Below are positions 22,303-36,271 of a DNA stretch of 64,000 bases, piece by piece. The DNA is from Chlorokybus atmophyticus (lineage: Eukaryota > Plantae > Mesostigma and Chlorokybus algae), in assembly GCA_009103225.1 (NCBI GenBank), contig RHPI01003642.1, positions 797,099 to 861,098 on the forward strand, in the 5' to 3' direction. Numbering within the stretch: the stretch's first letter is position 1; every line of letters starts with the position of its first letter. A program made the translations under genes and the position numbers. The notes beneath the pieces were generated by a model. That model did not search any database. It worked only from the letters and a program-made list of their open reading frames with translations, and was not told the origin of the DNA.

Positions 22303-25300
22303 ATGGAGAGGGTGGCGGCGGCACTACTGCTAGGCTATAGAGTGACAGTAGCCGTCGCGAGTGGAGCAGGCCGCCGCCTGGTTGGTGAGACCGCTTCTCT
22401 GCCGCCGCTGAGGGCGTTGTCTCAAAGCTTGCTGCCGAGGAGCAGTAGTAGCCGAGTGGGTTGCTGGACGGCACCAAGCACAGGGGCCTTCTGCAGGTCA
22501 TATAAGAGTTGGCGGAAAGGTGGTTCTGGTAGTGGTGGTGGCAGCAAGGTCGGTGGTCGAGGTCGGCGAGTAGGCATGCCTGGAAAGCACGGCAAGCTTC
22601 GGCCCACTGCTCCTTTGATCCCCGCTGCTGCTCAGGCGTCAAGTCAGATGGTGCGCAAGTGTTATCGCTGCGTGCAACTTTGCAGATATCAATGCAGGCA
22701 ACACCAAATGCAAATTATGTCAGCAGTAGACATGCCACTTTCAGTACAGCTGCGGCTCATCACCTCGCGCTGTCCGGCCGATCGTGTCACTAACTTGAAT
22801 GTTACCTATGCCGTGCTCATTGTGCATCTTTGGCATCATGCGACTTCGGCCATGCATGGAGTGAGTACTACTCTTCTTAGGTGCTCAAGCATGCAGCATT
22901 GTAATTCACAGGCGTTACAGAAGGCTCTGCATTGGTGGTTTGCACAAAGTTTGCTCAATCAGCAGCATATGGCATGCTTGCCTGGGGTCTTTGGGAACGC
23001 TTATGTGCATGGTTTTCATTAATAGGAGATTGGTAAAAAGCGTAAGGTGCGAGACGAAGCGCGTGGACAGTTTGATCGTTTCGCAAAGGAGGGCAATGCT
23101 GCTGAGGCGTTGAAGCTCTGGGAAGTGGTTCAGAAAGAAGGTCGACAACTGTCTCTGCACACATACAATGTGTTATTGCATTTGTGTGCTACAGCTGGTG
23201 AGGGCGACAGCCTCGTCCTTTACAAGCAAACGGCCCTCACTGTCTATCACAAGATGCTGGTAAAGTGCAGCTTTTGTGTGAAATCACAGCACACCTGATT
23301 CCCTCCCTTCACGTCAAAGCTGTTTCACTCCCTTGTATGCAGTTTGATCCCTGCCTCTCAGCTCAAGGAACATCACACAACCATTCAAGTTGGCACATTC
23401 TTGCGGCAGGCAGCAGGCATGCGGCCCTCAGAAGCTACCTTTGGTGCTCTGTCAAAGTGCGCAGCGGCTACTGGTGATAGCGCTCAGGCTGTGGAATTCA
23501 TCCACAAGATGATTGCATCAGGCATACCACCCAGGCTACGGTCATATGCACCAGCTTTGCAGTGTATGTGTGCGAGGGATGAGCTGGACAGGTGTGTTCA
23601 CATCAGCAGCCACCATGGTGACGTTGTCATGCCAATCAGCAAAAACGTCGCAACAACCAATTGTCCTGGCTCATGCAGGCATGTCGTGATGCAGAGCTTT
23701 CGGCCTCTTGCAGGAGATGAGTGCACAGAAAGTTGTGCCTTCTGAAGTTGAGTACGCTGCTTTGCTTGGTCTTGGAGCCCGGAAGCAAGCTGCGCAGCAT
23801 GTTTGGCCACTGCTGCAGAAAATGCGAAATGAGTTGCAGCAACTCTCCGAACCGACACTGCAGGCAAGTTGTCTGTGCTTGAGGGCACTGTGCGTGTTTT
23901 GTTGTACTAGGTTCAAAACAAGTTCAATGATATTCCTCCGGTCTGCGAGAGCGTCAGTGCAGGGCATTGTTCATGTGCGTCATACACATGTGGTGAAATT
24001 CTGTGCACACAGTGCACAGAATTACATTGAGATGAACTCAGCAGCAGGGACCTCTGCTATGCGCATGAACCATTGTTGCTTGGCAGGTGCTGGAGCGCTG
24101 GTTTTTATCTCCAGCTGCCCAAGGTGCGCCTCAAGCTGGCAGTGAGGCAGCCACAAGTCGGGACACAATCGAGCGCAAGTACCAGGTAGTGAGCCACTTG
24201 GGTTGTGTTTGATGAGTTGGGGCTAATGGCTTGCACTGGCGCTCGTTTGCTCATGGCCTGCTGGCCACTCAGGTTGATCGTGCCACAATCACAGAGGAGA
24301 GTGGTGGTGTATGCAGTGCTTGTGGCTCACGGCTGATATCCATCGATTTAACGCCTGACGAGCGACAACAGTTTGCCAAGGGCATTGCAGAGGTTGCATT
24401 GCAACGAGAGACACGAGAGAATGAGTTTACACGGTTTCAGGTGAGCCTGCCGCAATGTGTTCTTTCCAGGTTATATCAACGATCATCCTGTTGCTGAGCA
24501 CCTGCAGCTCAACTTGGGTGACTGGCAGGAATGGTTGCAGCGGCACGGTCCGTTTGAAGCGATTGTTGATGGTGCCAATGTGGCACTGTTTGGGCAAAAC
24601 TATGAAGGGGGAGGTTTCAGCTTCAACCAGGTGGAAACAGTATGCACAGAGCTGCAGGTATATGCAACTTCGGTGCACTTCGTACACTTTGTACATTGCG
24701 TACCGCAAACCAGTAGGGTACTCGCGCCCATATGAGCACCAAAGGCCTGCGCTGAATGCAGGAGGCTGGCAAGTTGAATCGAGCTCCCTTGGTGTTGTTG
24801 TTTGAAAAGCGGACGCGCAATGGTCCGGCAAGCACGCCTGAAGCGCAGAGGTTTCTCAACCAGTTGCGACAGCAAGGCGCTTTATTCTGCACCCCTCCTG
24901 GCTCAAATGACGACTGGTACAACCGCATGATTGTAGCCTCTTGTTCTTCATGTTTGGCAATGATGTGATGAAAATAACAACAATTCTTTGCAGGTACTGG
25001 ATCTATGCTGCTGTTACGCAAGAAGCGTACCTGGTGACCAATGACGAGATGCGAGATCATCTATTCCAGCTTCTTTCTCCCAAGTACTTTTTGACCTGGA
25101 AAGAGCGGTCACAGGTGACTGTGTTGCCATTTGTTTGCTGCTAACCACTTTGGCATAATCACTGCAGCATTTGCTCATAGTCAAGCAGAATGTGTTTGCA
25201 ATGTGCGGCACTCAGCAAACAATGTTTTGAGCAGGTGCGCTTCGCTTTTGACAAGGACAGTCAATTGCAGTTGATCTATCCGCCATCGTTCTCAGTGTGC

Positions 25301-25523
25301 ATTCAGGTACAGGCGAGACTTGTTAAATAGCAATGTGCATGCCTTAGTGCTAACCTGTGGCTGGTGCTCCTGCTAGGAAACTGCCGATCATAGCTGGCAC
25401 TTTCCAACCCAGGCGGAAGGCCAGTGGCTATGTGCCAGCAACATTGCAGCAAAGCGGTTGCAACCAGATACGGATGACATGTCTAGCTTGGTAGAGCCCT
25501 CATTGGTTGACGCTGCAGGCTGA
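22303..25523 (+). CDS. PRORP: Proteinaceous RNase P (PPR + NYN domain), organellar type
   Basis: PPR-like exons (LHTYNVLLHLC, MRPSEATF, PPRLRSYAPAL, VPSEVEYAALL), zinc-site CSACG, and NYN motifs IVDGANVA, TPPGSNDDWYWIYAA and VTNDEMRDHLFQLL. TGA at 25521-25523. Long basic N-terminal extension. Confidence 0.93.
23864..24086 (+). other. GC-AG intron in PRORP
   Basis: CTGCAG|GCAAGT...TGGCAG|GTG joins LSEPTLQ|VLERWF in frame. Confidence 0.75.
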
Positions 25524-26185
25524 CAAGCATTTCACATGCGACTAGCGTGAAGTGCATAGAGAACAAATGCGTATTGACGAGCACTGTGGTGTTGTGTCCA
25601 GGCTTCATCTAGGGGCGACACAACTCTGTTGCACATGCCTGCGTGGCAACCATTGTTGGTTGCCATGTCCAGCAGGGTGACGTGGTTGATTAGAAATGTG
25701 CCTTGTTGGCATTGCCATCTGATTGCATGTATGACAAATGCCTGGTGACGTAAATATGTTTTGTAGCCTCCTCTGCTGGCAAGCACATCTACCCACAGAA
25801 TAGTTCGCAACTCTCATGACTGGTATGTCTGGAACTACATATGATGTGAAGAGGAGAAGGTTTGCCAATGAACATGCACAGTCATGCGCATTATGCGTCA
25901 TCTCATAGGGCACTAGTAATAGTGTCGGATGTGTGAGTGTGGGTCGTGTCGTCGAGATCTGCAAGAAGCAAAAGTTGCAAACGCATTTCCCAATGATCTC
26001 GTTGTCAAGGCACAAAGGTTAGACGCGTTGGTTCTCTGTGTCCAGTAAAATGGCGTAAGTTTTGTCGTTCGAGTCTCAAGCTTAACTCATCTCGTCCGGG
26101 ACAGCACCGGTCGACACTCGGACATGCCGTCGTACTGATCAGCAGCAGCCGGACAGACGAGCCAGCCCCGTAGCGCAGGCGTAGC

Positions 26186-27285
26186 ATGTCGCCGCCCATC
26201 ATGGCGTCATCGTCGTTGTCAACGCTGTCGGCCTGCGTAGCATCCACCAGCCTGTCACTGCACCACGACTGCTGCTTTACTTTACAGCGCCGGCGGATAG
26301 GGCCGTCCAGTGCCGCACACCGCCGCAGGCGTAGTGGCAACACCAAGGGGTGTACGCTGACATGCCTGGCGTCATCCTCCTCCTCCTCCCCCTCATCATC
26401 TTCTTCCACAGACGCTGAGAGCGGAAACGGTGCTGTCCCGGGTCCCGACCAGCCAGGTGGGCGAGATTGGTGCATGGCATTCACCTCTGTTGATATGGCA
26501 TGTCGTCATTGGGTCATGCAAAGATTCAATGTTCATGCACTCTTCAAAATGTAAGTGCTCTGTGGAGGACAGCTGTAGTAGCAATCAGGGAACAGAAGAA
26601 AACAATCAGATACTAGTGCTGTGATTGCTCTTTATTCAATCAATTGCTGTTGGGCGGTATCTGGAAGCAGGCACGAGTGAGCGGTACTCTCCTTTGGAAC
26701 TGCTGGACAAGCAGCTGGAGCTACTGGCGGGCGCTGAGTCCGTAGCGCAGCGACGGCCAAGCAGCTACAAGCAGCAGCCCCAACTGCAGGAGCAGCCTGC
26801 TGCCATACTAGAAGAACAACAACAGGCTTCTAACAACGGCCTACAGCCAGGTGCGGGCATAGGTGGGCTTCTGCATGACCCATATGACCCATATGTCAAA
26901 CATCTACTACACACGCATGCACTACTCAGTAGCACAATCAATGTCAGGATGCCTATTACTACTGCACGTCCCTTCTCATGTCATGCACCAACCAGGACGT
27001 AACCACTAGTGTACGGCAATTGCTTTGTCGATTGGGTGAACGTGACGTTTGCGGTTGGTTGTAATGCACCTGCACTTTGCAGATGTGGCGAGCACGCCAG
27101 CTGCGCAGCCGCTCACGATATCTCCCGGCTTTTGGGGATTTTTTGGCGGCGCTCTGATCGTGCTCACGGTCATTTCTAACATTGCGCTGCAGACCTTCCT
27201 GCCCAGACATGTCGACAACGGCCCTTCTGGCCCCACAGAATTGGACAAGATTGTGATGGAAAGAGGCAAGAGAAGTACTCGCTAA
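26186..27285 (+). CDS. Small protein of unknown function with a transit-peptide-like N-terminus and a C-terminal TM helix
   Basis: Three exons (about 26186-26456, 26650-26849 and 27083-27285). Ser-rich MSPPIMASSSLSTLSAC...; last exon FWGFFGGALIVLTVISNIALQTFLP; TAA at 27283-27285. Confidence 0.65.
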
Positions 27286-27579
27286 TACGAGGCAGGCATA
27301 GACGAATGTACTGCATGCTGTTGACTTGGTCTACCATAATGCGCCTTGTGCACAGAAGCATTGCTGCAAGTCTGTTGCGGATTCATCATCACAACGCATG
27401 TGTATAAAGACACTTTCATATCAAATTTTGTTTGCAGCGTTTGGGCTTGATTCCGGGAGTCGACACATGCATAGAGTGCATTACCATGCGTAAGTGCAGC
27501 TGGTGATTTGATCCACAACTCTAAAACGCGTGTCCCAATCAATGGGGTGATCGTCAGTGTGCAGCTACCTATGTGCATT

Positions 27580-30500
27580 CTATGCAAGCCAGTCCTCTTC
27601 AAGCACCCCATGATAGGCAGCTATGGTGCGCGCAGCCAACGTCAGTTTGTCTAGTGTGGAGGCGTACGCATAGAACCATATCAACAACAGGACGATGTCA
27701 TCGGCCTCAATGACCGCCTGCAATGGCAACTGCGGGTTTGAGTCCTTAACAGAGTTGTGCAGCAGTCTCCTCTGTTCAATGTACTTCTGTCTCAGCTGCA
27801 CGCGAGACTCCTCAAGCTCTGTTATGCGCGACAACACCTCATCTGCCGATGCTCCATTCCTGAAAGACACAATCCCACATGATCGTTCAATTCTGCTGTT
27901 GCGCAGCTGTTGCGCAATAAGGCTATGACAAAAAGCGACACTGGCTCGACGCAGTCAGAAACACCTACTTGCGTCGCAGAAGGTTTGATGACGCCACAAC
28001 CATCGCAGAAGCACACTCAATGCTGTTCTGAAAGCAGTTCTGTAGCGGGTACACGAATCCAGTGTGTGCTGAGCGAGTGTAGCGGCCATGAAGCCGGGGC
28101 TTGCGCTGCATGCACACAGTTGTAAACGCTTAAGATGCTGCATGTAGTTACGAATGCAAGTGACAGGAGGGTGAGAGAAACATCGTAGCACAGGCATCCA
28201 CCTGCAGAGCAAGAGACAGCGAAGCTAGCCGCGACGTCACGACCACCATGGACTGGACAGTATCTCTCACAACTGGTGGCATGGCCAACACGCCACGCCG
28301 CCACGTGACGGACTCGCGCGCAAGAACGGTCTGCGCGGCCTGAATGAGACATTTCACACGACACACGCACAAACACACATGCACCGCATGAGCGAGGCCT
28401 ACCTGCACGTGTCCAAGCGGTCTCGCCACATTTTCCATCAGCATCAGGTCGAGCTCATTGTTGAGCAGCGGTTGCTTGTCGAGATCCTCGGGCCGTAAAG
28501 CCATGTTAAAGTAAGCGGAACAACCCGCATCAAAGACGGCAAAGGCGTGCAGAGTTGTCTCGGCCAACACGTCGAGCGCCACAGCGGAGGCGTACCAAGG
28601 TAATACCAGATGGCTGATCAGCACGGCGAGCGTGCTGCCGACGGCGATGAGCGCCGCTCTTGACACCGCAAACTGCCAGTCTCCCGTCAAGCAGCACACG
28701 GGGGTGTACTGGCAGAACAGGACCAGGTACACCGTCTCGTGAAACAGGTACACGGCGTAGCGGTAAGGGCTGTCTATGAAATAAACACCGACCATGGTGA
28801 TGGCAGCCGCTAGCGTGGCGAGGATGTATGGATTCGAGCTCAATGCCGTGTTGTACATGATCAGGAAACCAAGTGCAGATCCCAAGAATGTAGCAACAAT
28901 GCGCAGGAGACCTTTGAAAACAGTAGCTTCTGCCTTGGACTGCATGACGATACACACCGTCACAAAAGCCCATATGCCATGCCAATTGTCAATGGTCGGG
29001 TTGCCAGAAAGAGCCACAGCCAGCGTGCCAGCGCACGCGATCCAGTACTTTACAGCAAACTGAAAGCTGCGGACACATGCAAGCATCAGACATTGGTTTC
29101 TGCTATCAACTCGCAGCAAACTGGAGCGAACGCGTTATGTCCTTTTTACCTTTTTGACCGCAAGCGCTGCTTGACATGCCAGGCTGACTTGACGGTATTT
29201 GGGGTGCTCTTGACAATGACTTGAGTCAAGCGGGCCATGTCCGGAAACAGCAGCAGAGTCCGCAATAGAGGACCAGTGAAACCCAGCTGCTCCTGCCAAC
29301 CTCTTGAGAGCCATTTTGTCTGCAGGAGTGTGGGTGAGAGCACGCCAGCATCTCCCTCTTCGACAACCTTCGTCGTGGCTGATTGGAGTGCAGTGACGGC
29401 TTCGGCAATCCCATGCGTCACATTAGCAACGAAGAACAAGGCTCGCACCTATCAGATATCAAACAGGTGGTTATGATGTTAATATGGCAGCATGTTCGTC
29501 AAGTTGGTTGAGTGCAAGTCCGTCGCTGTTACCTCACCGACAGGGCTGATGACATGACTGCCGGAGGGTTTTGTCCTCACACCTTCCCAATAGTGATTGA
29601 ACCCATCCAGAACGCCTTGGGATAGGGTTTTCTGAAGCTCGGTAAAGGACGCCATCTGATTGAGTCTCTGCAAGCCCTGCAAGAGAAACCAAATGCAGAA
29701 TCAAGAGATTGTGCATGCGCAAGGTTGGCGTAAGAAGGGCCACATTGCACAAGCAACCAGAGGGGCAAAACAGGATAGTCTGCACATGCATAATAAGTGC
29801 AAGGGAACCGCACAGAGCTGGCGAAACAGCAACACTGACAGAACACTGCCAGCGGCACACTGCTTGCCTTGCTTGGAGCAGTGCTGCCGCTCTCGCGCAG
29901 GACAAGCGCAACTTCTCTACAGATAGCTGCACACTGTGTGTACACGAACTGAAACTGTGGTAAAGTGTCACCATCAAACCACCGCTTGAGCGTGATCGAG
30001 CGAAACCTCCTGCTGCCATCTTTGCTCTCCAGCACTGCATGCAAGAGCACACAATCAATAAGCATATAACTGACCACAAGTACAATACGAACCGTACCTG
30101 TCTCTAATGCGCCCAACCTAGTAACCAATGTTTCCATAGCGTTCAGCACAGCACGCCAGCTTTCAAGCCTCGCACGCAGAGGCGCCACTACTGCTGGCTC
30201 CAGTACGCACAAATTGAGACATGTGTGCGCTCGGTCCAACTCCGGGCGCAAACTTGCCACATGAAAGCCTGCAACCGTACAGAGGCTCATTTACATGCTT
30301 GATTATGCAGCACGGCATGACTCAACATAATGCAAACATGATGAACACCTTCAACTGCTCAAGACCTTCATCAAAGGCCAACACTCGCTGAGGTACGTGG
30401 TGCTGCCAGTCGTACTGTATCTTGCCCACAAAGCCACCATCAGCTTCATCTGTGGCGACCACCAAGTCCATGTCCCTTCTTATGCAGTCCTCATTGATGT

Positions 30501-32300
30501 ACAAAACCCTGTGATGAAGCGCTGTTGTTCACAGTGTCAAGACAACAAAGTAACACACACTCTCGCACATGGGCGCACACACAGGCAACATGCCTTACCT
30601 TGATGCATAAGTGCTCACAGCTTGACCAAGTCTGTCAGCAATCCCTGAAGCTGTGCTCCTGAGTGCGTCACAGGAGGAGCTTGGGAATATCAACACACCA
30701 GCTACAGCTACAGTTGATGACGCGATGGCACAAGTCAACAGCATGTATGCGACCTGCAGCCATGCGTAGCCTATGTTGCCCTCTTGCCCGCCATTCTGGA
30801 CTACAATGCCGTACAGGAAAGTGCCAATCACAGCTGCAGAGACCAATATCATATGAGTGACGTCATGTAACAGCAGTGGTAGAGATTGAGTGCAGACTTA
30901 CCAGTTGAAGCTAAAGATGGATCCGCCCGCAGTGCTGCAAACAGAATGAGCCCCAGAGCAGCCAAACAGCTGATTGTGGGTCTGTAAGGGATTGGCAGGG
31001 CCAATGCTATTGTGTTAGTCACGCCCGCTAGGGTACATGACAGCAGTGACGCGGCAAAGTACAGGCATCCTGCATGTATCTTCGCTCCAAGAAAACGCTC
31101 ATTGGTCATTAGAAGTGAACCGATTGCAAACCAGATAGGTAGAAAGCAGCTTGTGGGGTAGCGCAAAGACGGTATGAGGGTGAAGAGCGAGCAGAACACC
31201 ACACCTGCAGCCACCTGCAGTTCTGTCAAGTCATGCACCTGCCGCAGGCTTCATGACACAATGCTGGCGCCATACAGAGACAGCACCTGAAAGCATTGGG
31301 CTACATCTGGAGAAACCAGTATCTTGCGTGCTCGCTGTACTGCCCGGATCCTCCAAGAGGGTGCCATGTTCCAAATGCGCTGCGGAATGAATGGCATGCT
31401 GGTTGGACTTGGTTTGTTAGGTGCGCTGGGATCCACAGAGTCTGCAATCCCCTCATCTAGCTGTAGCGTAGACGAGACTGGCTTGTCATTGGACACAGAT
31501 CTTCGACGGCTGAGTAGGGTTGGCACCTGGCATAAAGGCGCTTAAACATCATTTACCTGCTCGCACATGGCTACATATACAGATACTTGAGCGAACCGAT
31601 GCATGCACATGACGAGAGAGGAACACAACACATGTTGCACCAGCATGCAGACTGAGAAGCTTATGTACCTGGACTGCAGACTGTGCTGACGTCAGTTGGG
31701 GGTCTTCAACATCAGCTGTCACAGCATTGCCTTGAGACGCCGTGCTTATCACAGCTGGTATCTGCAGCGAAAGGTCAGCTTGCACATGAAATGTGCGTGC
31801 GTGCGTGCATAGAAGCTGAGAACGCAACACTACAATCGAGACTTGGCAGCAACAGCACGAGCAGTGCTTGAGCAACGCATGACACAAATGCAGCACTTTA
31901 CCGATTGCACACCTGAGGTTGATGGGCCAACATACCTGTTGCAAGTCTCTTGCGGACTGAAAATCACCCCACACGTCATCCCCGTCCGCGTCTTCAGCAA
32001 AGTCCGCGCCAATGGAGCTACCATACTGCTGGAGCTGAACCCCGTTGGAACGGGTTTTTGGCAACTCGGTTGTTTGTTCTGACGCTGCAAGGAGCGCCGC
32101 CTCTTGCGCTTCCGAACTGTTGGAGAGCAGCTGCAAGCCCTGGCCGTAGCAGGAAGTGTTCGGTGCGGTGACCGCAGCACTCTGACTGCTATCATTGCGT
32201 CCTGCCAGTGCAGTGCTTCCGAACTGTGGCAGCATCACAGTAGCCGCGTCTGCACCATCAATCTCGCGGAAGGGAGCAGTCCAGCTCTGCGATCACGCAC
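27580..32300 (-). CDS. ALMT/FUSC (aromatic acid exporter) family membrane transporter with two TM blocks; 5' end unresolved
   Basis: C-terminal block FQFAVKYWIA...HGIWAFVTVCIVMQSKAEATVFKGLLRIVATFLGSALG...QFAVSRAALIAVG...HLVLPW is FUSC_2/ALMT-like. N-terminal TM exons at 30600-31230 end in GVLIFPSSS. TAG at 27580-27582. Confidence 0.75.
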
Positions 32301-33179
32301 AAGCGTCACACACTGCTATATACGTGAACAAATCTGCTTTAAAGGCAACTCCCAAGCGGACCGTCCGAGCAGCCAATTAGATACAAGGTTTGGAATGGCT
32401 ACATTGTGTTTCCGCTGCTGTGTGCCAAGCAGACAGCAAACAGGCAGCTCAATTGCTAGCTTCTTGTGTCAAAATGAAGCGTATTATGCCACAACTCTGC
32501 TTGAATGTTGGCTGAAGTCTACCAGTGCTCGTGAGCATACACACACATGGGAGATAAACTCTAACAAACAAGCACAGCCAATCATCGTTGCGGACCTAGA
32601 TGGTGACAATTCACTCACTTGGCTTCAAATTGGTTAATTGGGTGCTGATCAGTCCAGTGTAGCGCTTCAAAACTGGTCTGCAACCTTACGCCCTGGACCG
32701 CGTACAACGCGCACAATGCGCAGGACACGGCCCCCGACACGCCGCCGACGGCGACGACACCGCCTGCGCCCACTACACCAGCGACACTGTCTACTGCTGC
32801 AAGTTTTCCGGCTCACGGACTTTGAGTTAGAGTGCTCTCTGCATTGCAAAACGTCCATAGACGGCATGGATTGGTGTACTGCAGCGGATCCTGCGGTTCG
32901 GTCCCAACATGTTTGTCTCGATAAAAGTCTGCTAACAAATGCATTTTTGTTGACAAAACTTAGGGTTTGTCGGTTCAGGGCGTGGAGGGCAGTGTTGGGG
33001 TGGTTGTGGGTGTCATTGGGTGCGGCGTTAAGCGCTGCGGCGTGGGGCGGGGGGGGCAGTGGAAAGCTTGGAGTGGGCATACGGTTGTGGAGATGAGCGG
33101 TGTGATTTGACGAAGGCGGCGGCAGAAGCAGAGGAGCTGGTTGTTGTGAGCAGCGGCGAGGTGAGCGGCGTCTGTGTTG

Positions 33180-36100
33180 ATGGCATCGCAGACGTCGCTC
33201 AACCTCCGTCAAAGGCAGTATGGTGCGTACTTTGTCTGGTTGAGTGCAACGGTCTCCGAGCTGGTATGCTAGTGGTGAAAACGTTGCATACCACGCCAAG
33301 TCTAGGCTTTAACTGCTGCCTACCGGCACTGTGTGTAGTACGCAGAAACCGCTAATCGCAAGCTGCACGCATTCAAAGTTGATTGTATATGCTATCACAG
33401 ATCAACAGTGCATGTGGCTGGACACTCAGATGCTCTTTCACGCTAGCAAGTCGAGGCAAAGCTTGCTTCATGCACGTCCAGGACATTAGCCTGTAGCATC
33501 AACATGACGGCGTCATTCTGCGCAAGCCTTGATGCTTAACAATCGTGTCATGTCGCAACTTTAATTGCTGCTTCTGACATTGCAATCAGTCGCAACTAGC
33601 GCAAGGTGTTGTCGTCTTATGGTTTGGACGTTGCCAACCATGCATGCCGACATATGGGCTGCAGAGGCATTGCGTTGGTAGTGCATGCGTGCACTGTAGC
33701 TGGCATAACATCAAGCTGTGTTTGGCAGACGCCATTGTGCGCATGCTGAATTTGAATGCAACCATCACCTCTTCCGGTGCGGGCGAGCAAGAGGAAGTGT
33801 ACAAAGTGCTTGTGCTTGACAAGTATTGCCGCGATGTTATCTCACCGCTACTCAAGGTAAGGTCCTTATTCCATCCATGTTGTTACAGACTGACAGATGA
33901 CTGCATTCTTGGCCAAGCATAGCTGCTTCTCTGTTGTTATACCAGCATGCCCTGTGCAGGTAAATGACTTAAGAAAGCATGGCATCACTCTGCATTTGCT
34001 GATCGATGCAGAAAGGCAACCAATAGCAGATGTGCCTGCAATCTACTTCGTGCAACCCACCGAACAGAACGTCAGAAAGGTGGTCATGACTCTCAGTTGA
34101 CACATGGCTTTGGTCTTGATAATGCAAGCATGGCTGAAAGGGCACATTATCACAGATTCTGGCTGATGCGTCTCGCGGACTTTATGACTCAATGCACCTC
34201 AATTTCTCATCATCACTACCGCGGCCCTTGCTGGAGCAGCTGGCCACAGGCGCTGTTAAAGCTGACTGCTTGCACCGAGTTGCGAAAGTTTACGATCAGT
34301 ATGTCGGGTTTGTTGCGTTGGAGCCTCGAATGTTTACTCTTGCGCAGCCCAGGTCCTATGCACAACTGCATGACCCTACAGCCTCAGACACGTAAGCCGG
34401 CTGTAGTGTTGATAACCATGAAACAATTGCATTGAAATTTTCTGAAGAGATGCCCAACATCGATGCCACAGGGATGTGGAGGCCGCAGTTCAAGAGATTG
34501 TTAGCGGTATCTTTGGTGCGCTAGCCACGTTGGGTGCCGTGCCAATCATCCGGTGTCAGAAGGGTGGTGCAGCAGAGATGGTTGCAGCGCAGTTAGATGC
34601 GCGATTGCGGGACCATCTCAATTCAAGGCACAACTTGTTTGCCGACGCTCCACTGGCTGCATCAACATTCCAAAGACCACTGTTATGCCTGTTCGACCGC
34701 ACATTTGACCTTTCTGTCATCTTGCAGCATGCTTGGAGCTACCAACCCCTGGTAAGCAGCTGGGAAGGGGACACATTGCAGTTGCTGATCTAGCCGCTGC
34801 AGCTTTGCAGCGCACTTGAATACCAACTGCTCATGTGCAGGTACATGATATCCTAGCCTTGAAGTTGAACCGGGTTACGGTAGCTGCAGAAGGCAGCACA
34901 GGGGGACCATCTATCACCGCCGGCAAAAGGTCGTACGACCTTGATGAGTCTGATGCCTTTTGGGTCACCAATGCTAACAGCCCGTTCCCAAAGGTACTGC
35001 TTAAACGCTGCTCTTGCTGTCCATCCGTCACAGTTTCGGCCAGCGTGTCTGCGAAGGATGTTCGCTGTTTGTTCGTGGAGCATTGGTCTTTTGTGGCACG
35101 CCCAGGTCGTTTGTTTTGATAAAGCATTTTGCATGCAAGCACTGCTGGTAAGTTTCCAGCTGAACTGCAGGTGGCTGAAGAAGTTGAGCTCCAACTCACA
35201 AAGTACAAGCTGGATGTGGAGGAGGTGAACAAGAAGACTGCTGGGAAGGCAGATGAGTTGCTGGATGGTGAAGGGACTGCCTTGCTAGGCAACACAAAGC
35301 ACTTGGTTTCCGTGGTGAACTCGCTTCCAGGTCAGTACTCGTGTGTTCAGCAGTTGCTGCCAATTGCTACAAGCACTTGCTACAAGACACATTCAAGGGC
35401 GTTTGTATGCTCGCGCCTTGTTGCAAACAGAGTAGCGCACGTCCCTCACTGGTGTGCAAACGTTGTTGCAGAGCTGACCGAGAGGAAACGCATCATTGAC
35501 AAACACACGAATATCGCCACCGCGCTCCTGGGCCACATAAAGTCACGCGCCATTGATGCTTTCTGTTCATTGGAAGACGAGCTGTTCACCAAAGGCGCAG
35601 CAGACATGTCGGGGCTGCTGGCAGCCATACACCCGTCCGCAAAGGGCACACCTGAGGACAAATTGCGTCTGGCTGTTGTGTACATTCTTTGCACGGCTGA
35701 GCCACCCAGCTCAACAGACCTGGCCTCGATTGAATCCACTTTGCAAGAGAGCGGAGCACCGCTATTGGCGTTGCGTTACGTGAGGCAGATTCGAGCCATC
35801 AGCCAGAGCATAGTCACGGGCAGCACCGCTCCATCCTCCGTCACGAACATAGCCGGTTTGACCAGCCGGTCGCAGCTGCTGGACTGGGCGGACAAGCTGT
35901 ACGGCTCCAGCATCAGCGCGGTGACTGCCGGTGTCAAGAACCTGCTCTCGGGAGTCCGCCAGCTGGCTGCTGTCCGCGTGATGGAGGCGCTGATGGAAGG
36001 CAAGCAAACTCCCGAGACGGATGCGTACTTGTACTTCGACCCGAAAGGCCCCAGAACTGCCCCATCCGCAGCGCCAGTGCAAAAGGGGCCTTTCAAGGAA

Positions 36101-36271
36101 GCTATCGCGTTTGTCATTGGTGGCGGCAACTACAAAGAGTACCTGGGCCTGCAAGAGTTTGCCAGCAAACATACTCCACCCAAGTCCGTAGCGTATGGCT
36201 CTACAGAAGTTTTGACAGGGACTGAGTTTCTGGAACAGCTCACGGAGCTCGGACAGAAAACGTCCACGTGA
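33180..36271 (+). CDS. SLY1: Sec1/Munc18-family protein SLY1
   Basis: MASQTSLNLRQRQY|DAIVRMLNLN, YKVLVLDKYCRDVISPLLK|VNDLRKHGITLHLLI...DVPAIYFVQPT, RPLLCLFDRTFDL...HAWSYQPL, IDKHTNIATALL and EAIAFVIGGGNYKEY...YGSTE. TGA at 36269-36271. Confidence 0.96.

Noticed and set aside
32667-33299. 210-aa minus-strand ORF with an Arg-rich end
   Set aside because: It starts at TTG, is antisense to SLY1 exon 1 and its 5' UTR, and is low complexity with no motifs. More likely a GC-rich divergent promoter/UTR.
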